Positions 48,160 through 58,536 of a DNA stretch of 64,000 nt are shown here, piece by piece. The DNA is taken from the NCBI GenBank assembly GCA_946223355.1, contig CAMIPB010000006.1, positions 15,675 to 79,674 of the forward strand. The letters run 5' to 3'. The notes under the pieces were generated by a model. It made no database searches. It saw only the letters and a program-made list of their open reading frames with translations, and was not told the DNA's origin. How positions within the stretch are numbered: position 1 is the first letter of the stretch; each line of letters starts with the position of its first letter. Source of the DNA: an uncultured Corynebacterium sp. (GTDB lineage: Bacteria > Actinomycetota > Actinomycetes > Mycobacteriales > Mycobacteriaceae). The position numbers were made by a program, and so were the translations under genes.

Positions 48160-49040
48160 AACGCATAGATCCGCTGATCGTCCTTATCGTCATCGCTGCT
48201 GCGTTGGCGTTCATTTATCCAGCTCCACCTGCTTTCGCAACGATAACCAACTTAGGGATCGCACTGCTCTTTTACCTCTACGGAGCTAGGCTATCCACGT
48301 CGGAGGCGCTGCAGGGACTCAAACACTGGAAGCTTCACGTAACGATTCTTGCGTTCACATTTCTCGTGTATCCCTTGATAGGAGTGGCACTTGGAAAATT
48401 TTTGCCACCGGAACTGGCCCTTGGAATCTTGTATTTGTGCCTTGTACCATCGACGGTTCAGTCATCGGTGGCGTTTACTTCTATAGCACGAGGAAACGTG
48501 GCGGGTGCGATCGTATCGGCGTCGCTAAGCAACTTGGTGGGAGTCTTGGCCACACCACTCCTCGTTATGATGCTGATGAATAGGGAAGCGGCGATAGATA
48601 CTTCGGTATTCCTGGAAATTTCCTTGCTGTTGCTTGCGCCATTCGTTCTCGGACAGCTGACCAGGCGATGGACCAAAAATATTGCTGCAAGTAAATTAAC
48701 CAAGATTGTTGATCGCGGTTCGATTGCCTTGGTGGTGTATACCGCGTTTTCCAAAGGGAACTTCGATGCCACATGGGAAACGATTGCCGTACTAGTTGCA
48801 TTTTCGTTCGCGTTGGTGGCATTCATGCTGTGGCTTACCAAGGTAGCGGGGAAGCGGCTCGGATTTTCACTTCCAGATATTCGCGCTATTCAGTTTTGTG
48901 GATCGAAGAAATCACTCGCGACGGGGTTACCCATGGCAGCCGTCATTTTCGGCGGAGGAACAGTAATACTTCCGCTCATGATTTATCATCAGGTGCAACT
49001 AATGATGTGTTCCTGGTACGCATCACGGGTAAGCTCATGA
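48156..49040 (+). CDS. Bile acid:sodium symporter (BASS/SBF-like) family transporter
   Basis: 294 aa with about 9 TM helices and SBF-like core repeats. The start overlaps the Rieske gene stop. Confidence 0.6.
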   Translation: MKRIDPLIVLIVIAAALAFIYPAPPAFATITNLGIALLFYLYGARLSTSEALQGLKHWKLHVTILAFTFLVYPLIGVALGKFLPPELALGILYLCLVPSTVQSSVAFTSIARGNVAGAIVSASLSNLVGVLATPLLVMMLMNREAAIDTSVFLEISLLLLAPFVLGQLTRRWTKNIAASKLTKIVDRGSIALVVYTAFSKGNFDATWETIAVLVAFSFALVAFMLWLTKVAGKRLGFSLPDIRAIQFCGSKKSLATGLPMAAVIFGGGTVILPLMIYHQVQLMMCSWYASRVSS

Positions 49041-49236
49041 CGCATGAAGATGTACGTTAAAACTGTCCTTTCTGTTGAGGGAACTACTGCGACTCACATC
49101 GCGGAATTGAAAGAGATTGACTCCACCTCGTGCGCGATGTTGCGGATACTCGAAGTGGAGGGAGGCGTAGTATCTCGAATCCCAAAACCAACTGAGATAG
49201 TTCCGCACCCAGACACTTTTGACAAATACGAGGACA

Positions 49237-50385
49237 TCACTGCGACCCGTCTTTCTGCCGAAGAGTTTGAGCAGATGTGGCAACAAGCTGCTTCCTAGCC
49301 TCCATCTTCTGGGCAAATGACTGCACCCAGTTCCGAGACTTCGGGGCGAGTGGGCCGGTAGCTTCATCAAACACCCAAGTTCCATCCTCGAAGAGCCAGT
49401 AAATATCCCCGGTGATGGGATCCAAGATATAAAATGCACGTCCATCTGTTTTTACGTTGTGATGGTGTTGGCATAGAGACACGAGGTTGGCCGGGGTGGT
49501 AGGGCCTTTGTGCCACTCCACGCGGTGATCCTTTTGTGCACGGTGAGCGGGAACGCTGCACCCCGGCCAGCGGCACGTTCCATCCCTTCCTTCGACAAAT
49601 CGCCGCATAGGTTCGGTCGGAGTGTAAGAGAGGGTGACAGAAGTTGATGCCGCGTCGATGTTTCGAACGTTTCCGGTAATGTCCATCTGCTTCCATCCCA
49701 TTCCGGGAATCCAAACAGGCGAGTTGGGGACATCGTAGGCTTGATAGGCGTTGATTACTACCGTGGTGTTGGTGTCTTCAATAATTGCCTTGACTAGAGC
49801 CTCTGGAAGGGAGATTGACTCGTTTCGGGCGATTTTCCGCACGTGTTCTTCAATAGTCCGCAACTCGTCTGGCGCAAGACACGCACCGAGGAAAGCCTGG
49901 GTGTCAGAAAAATAGTCGAATTCCACACGTGGTTGTTCCGCTGCGGGTTGCTCGATTAGGTCGAGGGTACGAAGCAGCTCCACAATTTTTGCACGAATAC
50001 GAGCAGCACTAGGCATGTGCTGATTTTCTCTAGAAGGCGTAAGGAAGTCGGTGAGCATCTCGTCAGCCGCGTGCAGTGCCTTTTCGGAGGCAACTAGCAA
50101 GGCTCTATCTATCGCCAACAAGCGAGACGTATCCAAGTGCCACATGTTTTCGTGGAGCGCTTTAAGGCGAGGCAACTCTAAAAGCCGAAAATGCGCCATA
50201 AGGATATTGGTGACTTGCTTTGCAGGCATGCCGGTGAACATGGAGATGCGGGCGACGGCAATCTCGATATCGTCGGAAGGCTCGGGCAAGTGCTCCTGGA
50301 ACATCTCGTATTCCAGTCTGCGCAGAGTTAAGGATTGTTGGGCTAAGGGATTGTTAGGGGAGCAGTGTGCATAATAGGGTTTCAT
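49237..50385 (-). CDS. HNH endonuclease domain protein with an N-terminal DUF222 (actinobacterial 13E12-type)
   Basis: C-terminal HNH motif CRWPGCSVPAHRAQKDHRVEWHKG...NLVSLCQHHHNVK. Confidence 0.75.
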   Translation of the reverse strand: MKPYYAHCSPNNPLAQQSLTLRRLEYEMFQEHLPEPSDDIEIAVARISMFTGMPAKQVTNILMAHFRLLELPRLKALHENMWHLDTSRLLAIDRALLVASEKALHAADEMLTDFLTPSRENQHMPSAARIRAKIVELLRTLDLIEQPAAEQPRVEFDYFSDTQAFLGACLAPDELRTIEEHVRKIARNESISLPEALVKAIIEDTNTTVVINAYQAYDVPNSPVWIPGMGWKQMDITGNVRNIDAASTSVTLSYTPTEPMRRFVEGRDGTCRWPGCSVPAHRAQKDHRVEWHKGPTTPANLVSLCQHHHNVKTDGRAFYILDPITGDIYWLFEDGTWVFDEATGPLAPKSRNWVQSFAQKMEARKQLVATSAQTLRQKDGSQ

Positions 50386-50495
50386 AACTTTCTCTTTATG
50401 AATGTCGTTTTTTAGGCTAGTTCTATTGTTCGAATATCTTGCCCAACACCATAAAACACAGCCCAGACATTCAACCGAAATTTAGCACATCCGTG

Positions 50496-51062
50496 CTAAT
50501 TATCGCGGGGTTGCTCCGGGAACGTCGCATACAACGGAAGCGGCATGTCCTGCCTACGCATTGCCTCCGCATAAACATCGCCCGAGCTGGCAATATCATG
50601 GCCCAAAGCGGGCGTGACGTACCATTCTCCATCCTGTATTTCCGCGTCTAATTCATCCTTCAACCAAAGGTGATAACCCGCGAAGAATCGAACACCTTCA
50701 ATTGCTCCATCCAAGTCACTGGGATCCACACCGGAGATAAGCCTGCCCATCAGAGGCGCGAATTCAACGATCCCCTCCGGAGCAGAGTCCTTCAGAACCA
50801 CCAACGCGGTGACCGCTTGTTCCATTAATGGACCACCGATAAAAAATGATTGCGGTTTAAAGGCCAGGTCATGCCATTCAGGCATCACATTAAACACCGC
50901 GGCCTCACTGCGCACAGTCAGATCCACCCCGATGATGCGCGGGCCGTCGTAAGCAACGATGAGAATCGCAGAGCGAGACACACCAGGTGCGCCTAGCAAG
51001 AGCATGCCAGGCTCAGGCTCACGTCGTTCTAGGGCGTTAAACAATCTATCCGCGTACATCAT
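50496..51062 (-). CDS. Conserved hypothetical protein
   Basis: 188-aa ORF co-oriented with and overlapping the cca stop. No motif recognised. Confidence 0.4.
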   Translation of the reverse strand: MMYADRLFNALERREPEPGMLLLGAPGVSRSAILIVAYDGPRIIGVDLTVRSEAAVFNVMPEWHDLAFKPQSFFIGGPLMEQAVTALVVLKDSAPEGIVEFAPLMGRLISGVDPSDLDGAIEGVRFFAGYHLWLKDELDAEIQDGEWYVTPALGHDIASSGDVYAEAMRRQDMPLPLYATFPEQPRDN

Positions 51063-52437
51063 CCCACCATGCTTTTAGGGCAGCAATTGCTTCATCGCGC
51101 TCCATCGGTCCGTGTTCCAGACGCAAATCCTTCAGGTGTTTCCACGCCTTACCGACGTCCGGACCAGGTTTCAGGTCCAAGATCTCCATGATCTCGTTGC
51201 CGTCCAGATCTGGCCGCACTCGTGCCAGATCTTCTTTCGCAGCAATATCTGCGATGCGTTCTTCCAGGTGATCGTAGGTACGCTGGAGACGCTGAGCTTT
51301 GCGTTTGTTACGTGTAGTGCAGTCGGCACGAACGAGCATATGAAGACGGGGGAGAAGGTCTCCTGCATCGTTGACGTAGCGACGCACAGCCGAATCGGTC
51401 CATTGATTTTCACCAAAGCCATGGAAACGCATGTGCAAAAAGACCAGGTTCGCAATGTTCTCAGTTGTCGCCTTGGGGTACTTGAGTTTTCGCAAACGTT
51501 TGCGTACAAGCTTCGCACCCACAACTTCGTGATGATGGAAGGTTACTTTCCCATCGGTGATATCGCGGGTGGCGGGCTTGCCGACGTCGTGAAGCAACGC
51601 CGCCCAGCGCAGCACCAGGTCAGGCTCTTCCTCTTGGTCAATTGCTTGGCGCATAACCTGCAACGAGTGCGCGAATACATCTTTGTGCTGCTTATGCTCG
51701 TCGGCCTCCATCGCCAACGCTGGGATTTCAGGGAAAATGCGAGTGAGAATCCCAGTCTCCGTAAGCAGACGGATACCCGCCTCCGGGTTGGTTCCTAAAA
51801 TCAGTTTGTCTAGCTCCACCTGGATGCGCTCGACGGTGATGCGGTCAATTTCTTCAGCGAGATTCTGCATCGCCGCCTTGACTCGATCAGCGACCTGAAA
51901 ATCTAGCTGCGACGCGAAACGAGCTGCCCGCAACATGCGGAGTGGATCATCGTTGAAGGAGATCTCTGGCGAATCCGGGGTATCGATCGTATTAGACGCG
52001 AGATCCGTGATTCCTCCCATGGGATCTAGGAACTCACCAGTATGCATATCGATTGCCATCGCGTTGATTTTGAAGTCACGACGGATCAGATCGCCTTCTA
52101 AAGTGTCACCGAACTGCACCTCTGGATTGCGAGACTGACCGTCATAAGAATCAGAGCGAAATGTGGTGATTTCAATCTGTTGCCCCTTGTAAGCAGCGGA
52201 GACAGTACCGAAGTCGATTCCGGTATCCCACACGGTTTCTGCCCAATCATCGAGGATGGCCTTGACGTCATGAGGGCGTGCAGAGGTGGTGAAATCTAAG
52301 TCATTGCCGAGTCGGCCCAGTATCAAATCTCGCACCGACCCACCAACAAGGTAGAGGGAGTGGTCGGCGAAGCGGGAGATGAGGCCGTCGAGAAGCGAAG
52401 TGAGCTCAGCGACTACCGAAGTGTCTGCGGAATTCAT
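51046..52437 (-). CDS. cca: CCA tRNA nucleotidyltransferase (PcnA/PcnB family, Pol-beta NTase + HD domain)
   Basis: LYLVGGSVRDLILGRLGNDLDFTT nucleotidyltransferase motif and a C-terminal HD region (LLHDVGKP). The start is possibly the internal ATG at 52437, not 52485. Confidence 0.85.
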   Translation of the reverse strand: MNSADTSVVAELTSLLDGLISRFADHSLYLVGGSVRDLILGRLGNDLDFTTSARPHDVKAILDDWAETVWDTGIDFGTVSAAYKGQQIEITTFRSDSYDGQSRNPEVQFGDTLEGDLIRRDFKINAMAIDMHTGEFLDPMGGITDLASNTIDTPDSPEISFNDDPLRMLRAARFASQLDFQVADRVKAAMQNLAEEIDRITVERIQVELDKLILGTNPEAGIRLLTETGILTRIFPEIPALAMEADEHKQHKDVFAHSLQVMRQAIDQEEEPDLVLRWAALLHDVGKPATRDITDGKVTFHHHEVVGAKLVRKRLRKLKYPKATTENIANLVFLHMRFHGFGENQWTDSAVRRYVNDAGDLLPRLHMLVRADCTTRNKRKAQRLQRTYDHLEERIADIAAKEDLARVRPDLDGNEIMEILDLKPGPDVGKAWKHLKDLRLEHGPMERDEAIAALKAWWDDVRG

Positions 52438-52510
52438 CGGCCTTAGTCTACTACGATTACCTGCGATGACTAATAACAGGCGCAAGCGCCGCTACCGTTC
52501 ACAGGCGCGC

Positions 52511-53014
52511 ATGGAAACCAGAGACGAGACTTCCGCAGGCGGGCTCGTCGTTTCAGGTCTGGCCGAATCCGTCGTGGAAGATGGCGTTGTGGATCTTTCC
52601 AAGATGTACGTAGCGCTCATTGGAAGGCTTGATCGCCGTGGTCGCATTCTGTGGTCTATGCCCAAAGGGCACGTGGAAAACGATGAAGCGAAGGATTCCA
52701 CCGCAGAGCGTGAAGTCTGGGAAGAAACCGGAATCTACGGTGAAGTATTCTCTGAGCTAGGCGTTATTGACTACTGGTTTGTTTCTGATGGCGTGCGTAT
52801 CCACAAAACGGTGCACCACTTTTTGCTGCGCTTCGTAGACGGACAGCTAAACGACGAAGACCCCGAGGTCACCGAGGTGTCTTGGATTCCGGTCTCTGAG
52901 TTGATTGAGCATTTGGCCTATGCCGATGAGAGAAAGCTCGCTCGTACTGCGCATGATATTTTGCCTAAGCTTGCTTTGAAGGAGGCTGAAGCAGGAAGGG
53001 CGACGCCACGGTGA
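52511..53014 (+). CDS. NUDIX hydrolase (MutT-like)
   Basis: Nudix box GHVENDEAKDSTAEREVWEETGI. Start trimmed to METRDE..., because the track start 52379 would overlap the cca start on the other strand. Confidence 0.8.
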   Translation: METRDETSAGGLVVSGLAESVVEDGVVDLSKMYVALIGRLDRRGRILWSMPKGHVENDEAKDSTAEREVWEETGIYGEVFSELGVIDYWFVSDGVRIHKTVHHFLLRFVDGQLNDEDPEVTEVSWIPVSELIEHLAYADERKLARTAHDILPKLALKEAEAGRATPR

Positions 53015-54777
53015 AACGACTACTGCTCGCGTTGAGTTTGCTCGTAGTCCCGGTCGCGCACGCGGAAACCGGAGACGTGGAGTTTTCGGCTGTGGCACAA
53101 GATGTCCATGTCAAAGACTCCGTTTCGATGAATTTTTCCGTGCGCAATGAATCAGATTCTCCGATAGAAAACGTGCAGATTACTGCCCGGCGCGGGGATC
53201 CGGTCACCGATGCGGCAGGCCTGGAAGAATATCTGGTTTCTGGTGCGTTTCCGTATTACGGCAAGCAGGAGTTTTTGGATCCGCTGCAACCGGGGGAGTC
53301 GCGGGAGGTTTCGGTTGAGGTTCCCATGGAGGTTGCTCCCGGCTCGTTGGCTATCGACGAACCGGGAACGTATCCGTTGCTGTTTACGTTGACAGGCACC
53401 CGCATGGGAGAGCCAGTCAAACTGGCGCAAGAAACACAGGTTATTTCTGTGGGGCGGGATAAGAAACAAAAGAAGAACGATCTCACTGTGCTCTTTCCGA
53501 TTTCGGAAAAAGTGAATATCACTCCCGGCGAGACTGGTGCGGATGACCTGCAGCTTATGGATGAGTCACTGGCCAAGTCTTTGAGCGACGGGGGTCGAGT
53601 CGATGAGATGTTGGATAGCTACTTGGCACATGATCTGCGCGGAGCGGGGTGCGTGGCTATCGATCCGGCGCTTCTCGACGCCGCGGAGCGCATGACCAAG
53701 GGTTATGTTGTGGGAGAGGAGCGCCCAGAGATCGTCGATAAGCCGAAACGTTTGCGTGACTCGTGGTTTGAAAAGAAGGACGACGTTGAGCTGAAGGAGG
53801 GCACGGGCTCTGATTCAGCCAAGGCTTTTTTAGACAAGCTTGGAGCTGTGGACTGTATTTTTTCTACCCCGTGGGCCAATGTAGACCCGGCGCGGGTGGA
53901 GGCCGTGGGTAACAAGTGGCTGACGCATGAGGCAGTAGGCCGGGGAACGGACACTATTTCTCGGGTTTTGGGCAAGACGGCTGCGACGTCGCAAGTTCTT
54001 TCACCACGGGAGAGTGCGCTAACTCGCGTGCTGCGTTCTCATCCTGCCGCACTAAATATGGCGGTAAATGCTAATGACGTGACAGCTGTAGTAAGTACCC
54101 CCGAAGCATTGGATGCCGCGGAGCAAGCACTGGAATTTCACAACCCTCGCAGCGTGAGCAAGGTATCACTGCCGAGTTATGAGGCGGAGACTTTCCCGGG
54201 CATCGAGGATGTGCGTAAGAGAATAGATTCCATTGATGAGCTAACTGGGATTATGGATAATGATCCGAATATCACCATGACCAGGTATGGGTACACCATG
54301 CCGATGCGCCGGGAGGTTCTTTCTGCAATGAGTGAGCCGACGGTGGATGTAGGTTCAGGCAAGAGGATTGAGGATCTGCGTCGGTCTGTGGCGTTGATTC
54401 CACCGGGCAATGTATTTACTCGGGTGTCGGAATCTTCGCCTTTGGTGGTCGTGGCTGAAAATGGTTTGCCGCTTCCAGTCAACGCGCACATTGGTTATAC
54501 CGCTCCTGAAGGCACCAAGCTTTCATCACCAGATATGTTGCGCATTCCCGCCCGCGGCTCTATTACGGCGGAGCTGACCACAAAAATGCCGAAAGATCAT
54601 GACAGGGTGGAGCTTGAAATGTGGTTGGCAAGTCCCGACGGGTCTGCTATTTCCCAGCCCGTGAGTATTGCTGTGCAAACCCGCGCCGGTATCGTGGGGA
54701 TTTCCACCTTTATCGCTTTGTCCGCACTGGCGGCCGTTATCGCCTTGATAGTCAGAAGAAAAAGAAGTAATTCATGA
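53011..54777 (+). CDS. Secreted/membrane-anchored protein of unknown function (N-terminal signal peptide, C-terminal TM anchor)
   Basis: Signal peptide MKRLLLALSLLVVPVAHA and a C-terminal anchor ISTFIALSALAAVIALIVRRKR. It occupies the position of the mycobacterial Rv3909-like gene upstream of mviN. Confidence 0.6.
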   Translation: MKRLLLALSLLVVPVAHAETGDVEFSAVAQDVHVKDSVSMNFSVRNESDSPIENVQITARRGDPVTDAAGLEEYLVSGAFPYYGKQEFLDPLQPGESREVSVEVPMEVAPGSLAIDEPGTYPLLFTLTGTRMGEPVKLAQETQVISVGRDKKQKKNDLTVLFPISEKVNITPGETGADDLQLMDESLAKSLSDGGRVDEMLDSYLAHDLRGAGCVAIDPALLDAAERMTKGYVVGEERPEIVDKPKRLRDSWFEKKDDVELKEGTGSDSAKAFLDKLGAVDCIFSTPWANVDPARVEAVGNKWLTHEAVGRGTDTISRVLGKTAATSQVLSPRESALTRVLRSHPAALNMAVNANDVTAVVSTPEALDAAEQALEFHNPRSVSKVSLPSYEAETFPGIEDVRKRIDSIDELTGIMDNDPNITMTRYGYTMPMRREVLSAMSEPTVDVGSGKRIEDLRRSVALIPPGNVFTRVSESSPLVVVAENGLPLPVNAHIGYTAPEGTKLSSPDMLRIPARGSITAELTTKMPKDHDRVELEMWLASPDGSAISQPVSIAVQTRAGIVGISTFIALSALAAVIALIVRRKRSNS

Positions 54778-57700
54778 CAACTAGGAACAGAATCGTTCAG
54801 CCGTCTCCGCCCGCTCCGGTGGTTGCACCTCGAGTCGTTGAACCTCACCCAGAACCTGTCGAGGATAAATCGGCTCTCATGGGTGCCAATGCGCCTGTGG
54901 AGACTGAGTCCAATGAATCGGTGATTCGTTCTACCGGCTCCATGGCTGTGGCAACACTCGTATCGCGCATCACTGGTTTCTTGCGTACAGCCATGATTGG
55001 CGCGACGCTGGGTCCGGCGATTTCTTCTGCCTTCAACGTGGCCAACCAGTTGCCTAACCTCATTACCGAGATTGTTTTGGGCGCTGTGCTGACCTCCTTG
55101 GTTGTGCCGGTGTTGGTACGTGCCGAGCGTGAGGATCCGGACCGGGGCGCGGCATTTGTGCGCCGGTTGTTTACCCTGGCGCTGACGCTGCTGGTGATTA
55201 TTACGGTGACGTCGGTGTTTTGTGCTCCGTTGTTGACGGACCTCATGCTGAATAAGGACAAGAGTGAGGTCAACACGTTCCAAACCACGTCGTTTGCGAT
55301 CTTGTTGCTTCCGCAGATTTTCTTCTATGGAATGTTTGCATTGTTCCAAGCGGTGTTGAACACGAAGGGAATATTCAAGCCTTCTGCCTGGGCGCCGGTG
55401 GCTAATAACATCATCGCGATTGCCACCTTGTTGTTGTACTGGACGTTGCCTGGTTCGCTTAATCCGGTGGCACCTACTCCGGTCACGGACAGGCATGTTC
55501 TTTTGCTGGGTATTGGTACTACCCTGGGCGTGGTTTTGCAGTGCGGTATTTTGCTTCCGCACTTGCGCAAGGCAGGCATCGATCTTCGCCCCCTGTGGGG
55601 CATTGATGACCGCTTGAAGCAGTTTGGCGGGATGGCGTTGGCGATTGTCGCCTACGTGGCTATCTCGCAAGCTGGTTACATTATCACTACTCGTGTGGCG
55701 GCGGAGGCTTCTGAAGCTGCGCCGAATATCTACCAACAAGCCTGGCTCTTGCTCCAGATGCCCTACGGCATTATTGGCGTGACGTTGTTGACAGCAATTA
55801 TGCCGCGTTTGTCCCGCAATGCAGCCGCTGGCGATGATCAGGCGGTGGTCCGGGACCTAGGGTTGGGTACCAAGCTGACGTTTATTGCGTTGATTCCAAT
55901 AGTGATTTTCATGACTGGATTTGGCCAATCCATTGCTATCGCGTTGTACCAGTACGGGGCATTTGACCGTGATGCGGCCTCCACGCTGGGTTATACCGTC
56001 AGCTTCTCCTCGTTTACATTGTTGCCTTATGCGTTGGTATTGCTCCACCTGCGTGTGTTCTACGCACGTGAGGAGGCCTGGACTCCGACGTTTATTATCG
56101 CTGGAATCACCACAACGAAGATTGTGCTTTCCCTGCTGACACCGGTTATCGCTAGCTCGCGAGAATCAGTGGTAACGCTGCTGGGTGCAGCAAATGGTTT
56201 TGGCTTTGTGGCCGGCGCTGTGATCGGTGGATTTTTATTGCGCCGCAAGCTGGGCAATTTGGGCGGCCGTTCAGTTTTGCGTACTTCTATGTGGGCGGGC
56301 GCGGCTGGTTTATTAGGTCTGGCTGTGGCCTTGTTTGTGCAGTATCTCACTAATATTTGGTTGCATCCAGATTCCGCCTCCATCCTCATCTTGCTGCAAG
56401 TGTTGCTGTGCGGCGTAGTTTTTGTTGTGGTCACGGGCATTGTTTTGAGCTTTTCCAAGTTGCCAGAGGTACAGAACTTGGGCCGTGCGATGTCTCGAGT
56501 ACCGGGTGTGGGCCGGTTTATCCGCCCAGATGACGCCTCCGCTATTGAGGTGGAAGCTCCAGATGCTCAAGAAATTTCTGCACAAATGCAGGCGCAGGAT
56601 CCATTCAACGCTTCCCCGATTCCTCCTCCGATGTCTGCTGGCGTAGTGCGCGGTCCGCGTTTGGTTCCGGGCGCTCCGGTTTCCGACGGTCGCTTCCGCC
56701 TACTGCGTGACCATGGCTCAATCCCTGGTGCCCAGCTGTGGCAGGCTCGAGAGCAATCCACGGGCAGGGAAGTAGCGCTGACGTTTGTGACAACGACATC
56801 GCAGGCGCCGATCGCTCCCGCAACTCCTGCCGTGGCGGCGCGTCGTTCTGCGGAGGTCTCCCGTAAAACCCGCAAGCTGAGTGAGCTCAACCTGGATTCT
56901 GTGGCAGACAATATTGAGATCTTGTCTTATCGATCCGGCTGCCTGGTCGTGGCTGATTGGGTCGAAGGCTCCTCGCTGCCGCAGGTAGCGGAGTCAGACA
57001 ACCTGGATCCGTATGCAGTTGCCCACGCCCTGCAGCCTTTGGTGGAAGATGCACATACTGCACATGAAGCAGGCCTGGCGCTGGGGCTGGATAACCGTAA
57101 TCAGATCCGCATTTCTACCGCAGGCAAGGCGGTGCTGGCATTCCCAGCTGTTCTGACCGAGACGGACGCAGAATCAGACCGGGATGCTATCAACGCAGCG
57201 ATCACGCTACTGGTGACGTCCACGGATCCCACGCCGAGTGAGCTGCGTGCAATTTCTGAAAGTGATGCGGAATTGCCTGAGATTGCCTCACGATTAAAGG
57301 CTTTTGCTCCAGATAATGAAGCGTTGGCTATTGAAGAAGAGGAGGAAATCGAGGTCGAGCACACTGAGGCAGGCTTTGGTAGCCGCGGTTATTCCAGTTC
57401 CGGTGTTCTTGCAATTGGTGCGACCGCAATTGCTTTGGTTGTTTTGGTTGCTGGCGTAACTGCCTGGATGATTTCAGAGTTTGGCACTCAGACTGAGCAA
57501 AAACCGATTACTCCGGAGTCAATCCAAGGTTCTCAAGAAAAGGTTGCTGAGGCTTTGCCAGTCATGCTGGAGAGGAAGGAGGCGACATTGTTGCCTTCGG
57601 GGGCGTCGGCAAGCGATGTCATTGATGGTGAGCTGGCGACGGTGCAGGAAGTGACTGAAGAGTCAATCGCGGTACGCGTAGAGGAGCCTACTGCGCTACG

Positions 57701-57932
57701 CCATGTACTTATTACATCGAATATCGGCGGCGCCACGTTTGAAATCCGCGGATTGGATGGTTCAACCCCATCAACCTTGCTCGCGGAGGGTGATTTGCAT
57801 AAGGCAGCGAACAATATTGAGCTCGAGGAACTAGACCGAGAATTTGATGGCATTGTGGTTCGGTTTAGTAATTTGCCAGAGAAGCGAGACGTGATGATTT
57901 CGGAGATTGAGCTTACGGGATTGCCGAAGTAG
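54774..57932 (+). CDS. murJ: Lipid II flippase MurJ (MviN) fused to an intracellular pseudokinase domain, an extra TM helix and an extracytoplasmic C-terminal domain
   Basis: About 550-aa polytopic MurJ core. It is followed by a degenerate kinase-like segment (GRFRLLRDHGSIPGAQLWQAREQSTGREVALTFV), which has a degenerate Gly-loop and a Thr in place of the VAIK lysine. Then comes TM GVLAIGATAIALVVLVAGVTAWMI and a C-terminal domain. Confidence 0.8.
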   Translation: MTTRNRIVQPSPPAPVVAPRVVEPHPEPVEDKSALMGANAPVETESNESVIRSTGSMAVATLVSRITGFLRTAMIGATLGPAISSAFNVANQLPNLITEIVLGAVLTSLVVPVLVRAEREDPDRGAAFVRRLFTLALTLLVIITVTSVFCAPLLTDLMLNKDKSEVNTFQTTSFAILLLPQIFFYGMFALFQAVLNTKGIFKPSAWAPVANNIIAIATLLLYWTLPGSLNPVAPTPVTDRHVLLLGIGTTLGVVLQCGILLPHLRKAGIDLRPLWGIDDRLKQFGGMALAIVAYVAISQAGYIITTRVAAEASEAAPNIYQQAWLLLQMPYGIIGVTLLTAIMPRLSRNAAAGDDQAVVRDLGLGTKLTFIALIPIVIFMTGFGQSIAIALYQYGAFDRDAASTLGYTVSFSSFTLLPYALVLLHLRVFYAREEAWTPTFIIAGITTTKIVLSLLTPVIASSRESVVTLLGAANGFGFVAGAVIGGFLLRRKLGNLGGRSVLRTSMWAGAAGLLGLAVALFVQYLTNIWLHPDSASILILLQVLLCGVVFVVVTGIVLSFSKLPEVQNLGRAMSRVPGVGRFIRPDDASAIEVEAPDAQEISAQMQAQDPFNASPIPPPMSAGVVRGPRLVPGAPVSDGRFRLLRDHGSIPGAQLWQAREQSTGREVALTFVTTTSQAPIAPATPAVAARRSAEVSRKTRKLSELNLDSVADNIEILSYRSGCLVVADWVEGSSLPQVAESDNLDPYAVAHALQPLVEDAHTAHEAGLALGLDNRNQIRISTAGKAVLAFPAVLTETDAESDRDAINAAITLLVTSTDPTPSELRAISESDAELPEIASRLKAFAPDNEALAIEEEEEIEVEHTEAGFGSRGYSSSGVLAIGATAIALVVLVAGVTAWMISEFGTQTEQKPITPESIQGSQEKVAEALPVMLERKEATLLPSGASASDVIDGELATVQEVTEESIAVRVEEPTALRHVLITSNIGGATFEIRGLDGSTPSTLLAEGDLHKAANNIELEELDREFDGIVVRFSNLPEKRDVMISEIELTGLPK

Positions 57933-58003
57933 CTAAGGGGAGTATAATCATAGGTGACACGTCAACAAACTGGCGTGAAAATACTACCTAACAGGAGATA
58001 TTC

Positions 58004-58516
58004 ATGATTAACGGAACCTTTACCCTTGACCCAACCCACACCACCATCGGCTTTATTGTGCGCCACGCAATGGTGACCAAGGTGCGCGGCCAGTTCAATG
58101 ACTTCGAGTCCACCATTAATGGCGATTCCGTTTCTGCCACTATTAAGACCGCATCCATTGATACCAACAATGCAGAACGTGACGCACACGTAAAGGGCGA
58201 GGACTTCTTTAACGTTGAGCAGTTCCCAGAGATGACCTTTAAATCCACGTCCTTTGATGTCGATGACAATGGCAATGGCACCGTGACCGGCGATCTGACC
58301 ATTAAGGGCATTACCAAGCCAGTAACCCTAGACGTAGAAACTGAAGGAACTGCCGAAGATCCATTTGGCAACCTACGTTTGGGCTTTGAAGCAAAAACCA
58401 AAATCAACCGGACCGACTTTGGCATTGACTTTAACGCACCGCTTAATACCGGTGGGGTCATGCTTTCTGATGAAATCAAGATCGAGATTGACGGATCTGC
58501 CATCAAGCAGGCTTAA
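58004..58516 (+). CDS. YceI-family protein
   Basis: 170 aa with YceI-like lipid-binding beta-barrel sequence (TFTLDPTHTTIGFIVRHAMVTKVRGQF). Confidence 0.8.
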   Translation: MINGTFTLDPTHTTIGFIVRHAMVTKVRGQFNDFESTINGDSVSATIKTASIDTNNAERDAHVKGEDFFNVEQFPEMTFKSTSFDVDDNGNGTVTGDLTIKGITKPVTLDVETEGTAEDPFGNLRLGFEAKTKINRTDFGIDFNAPLNTGGVMLSDEIKIEIDGSAIKQA

Positions 58517-58536
58517 CTCGTAATACCCTTGAGGTC

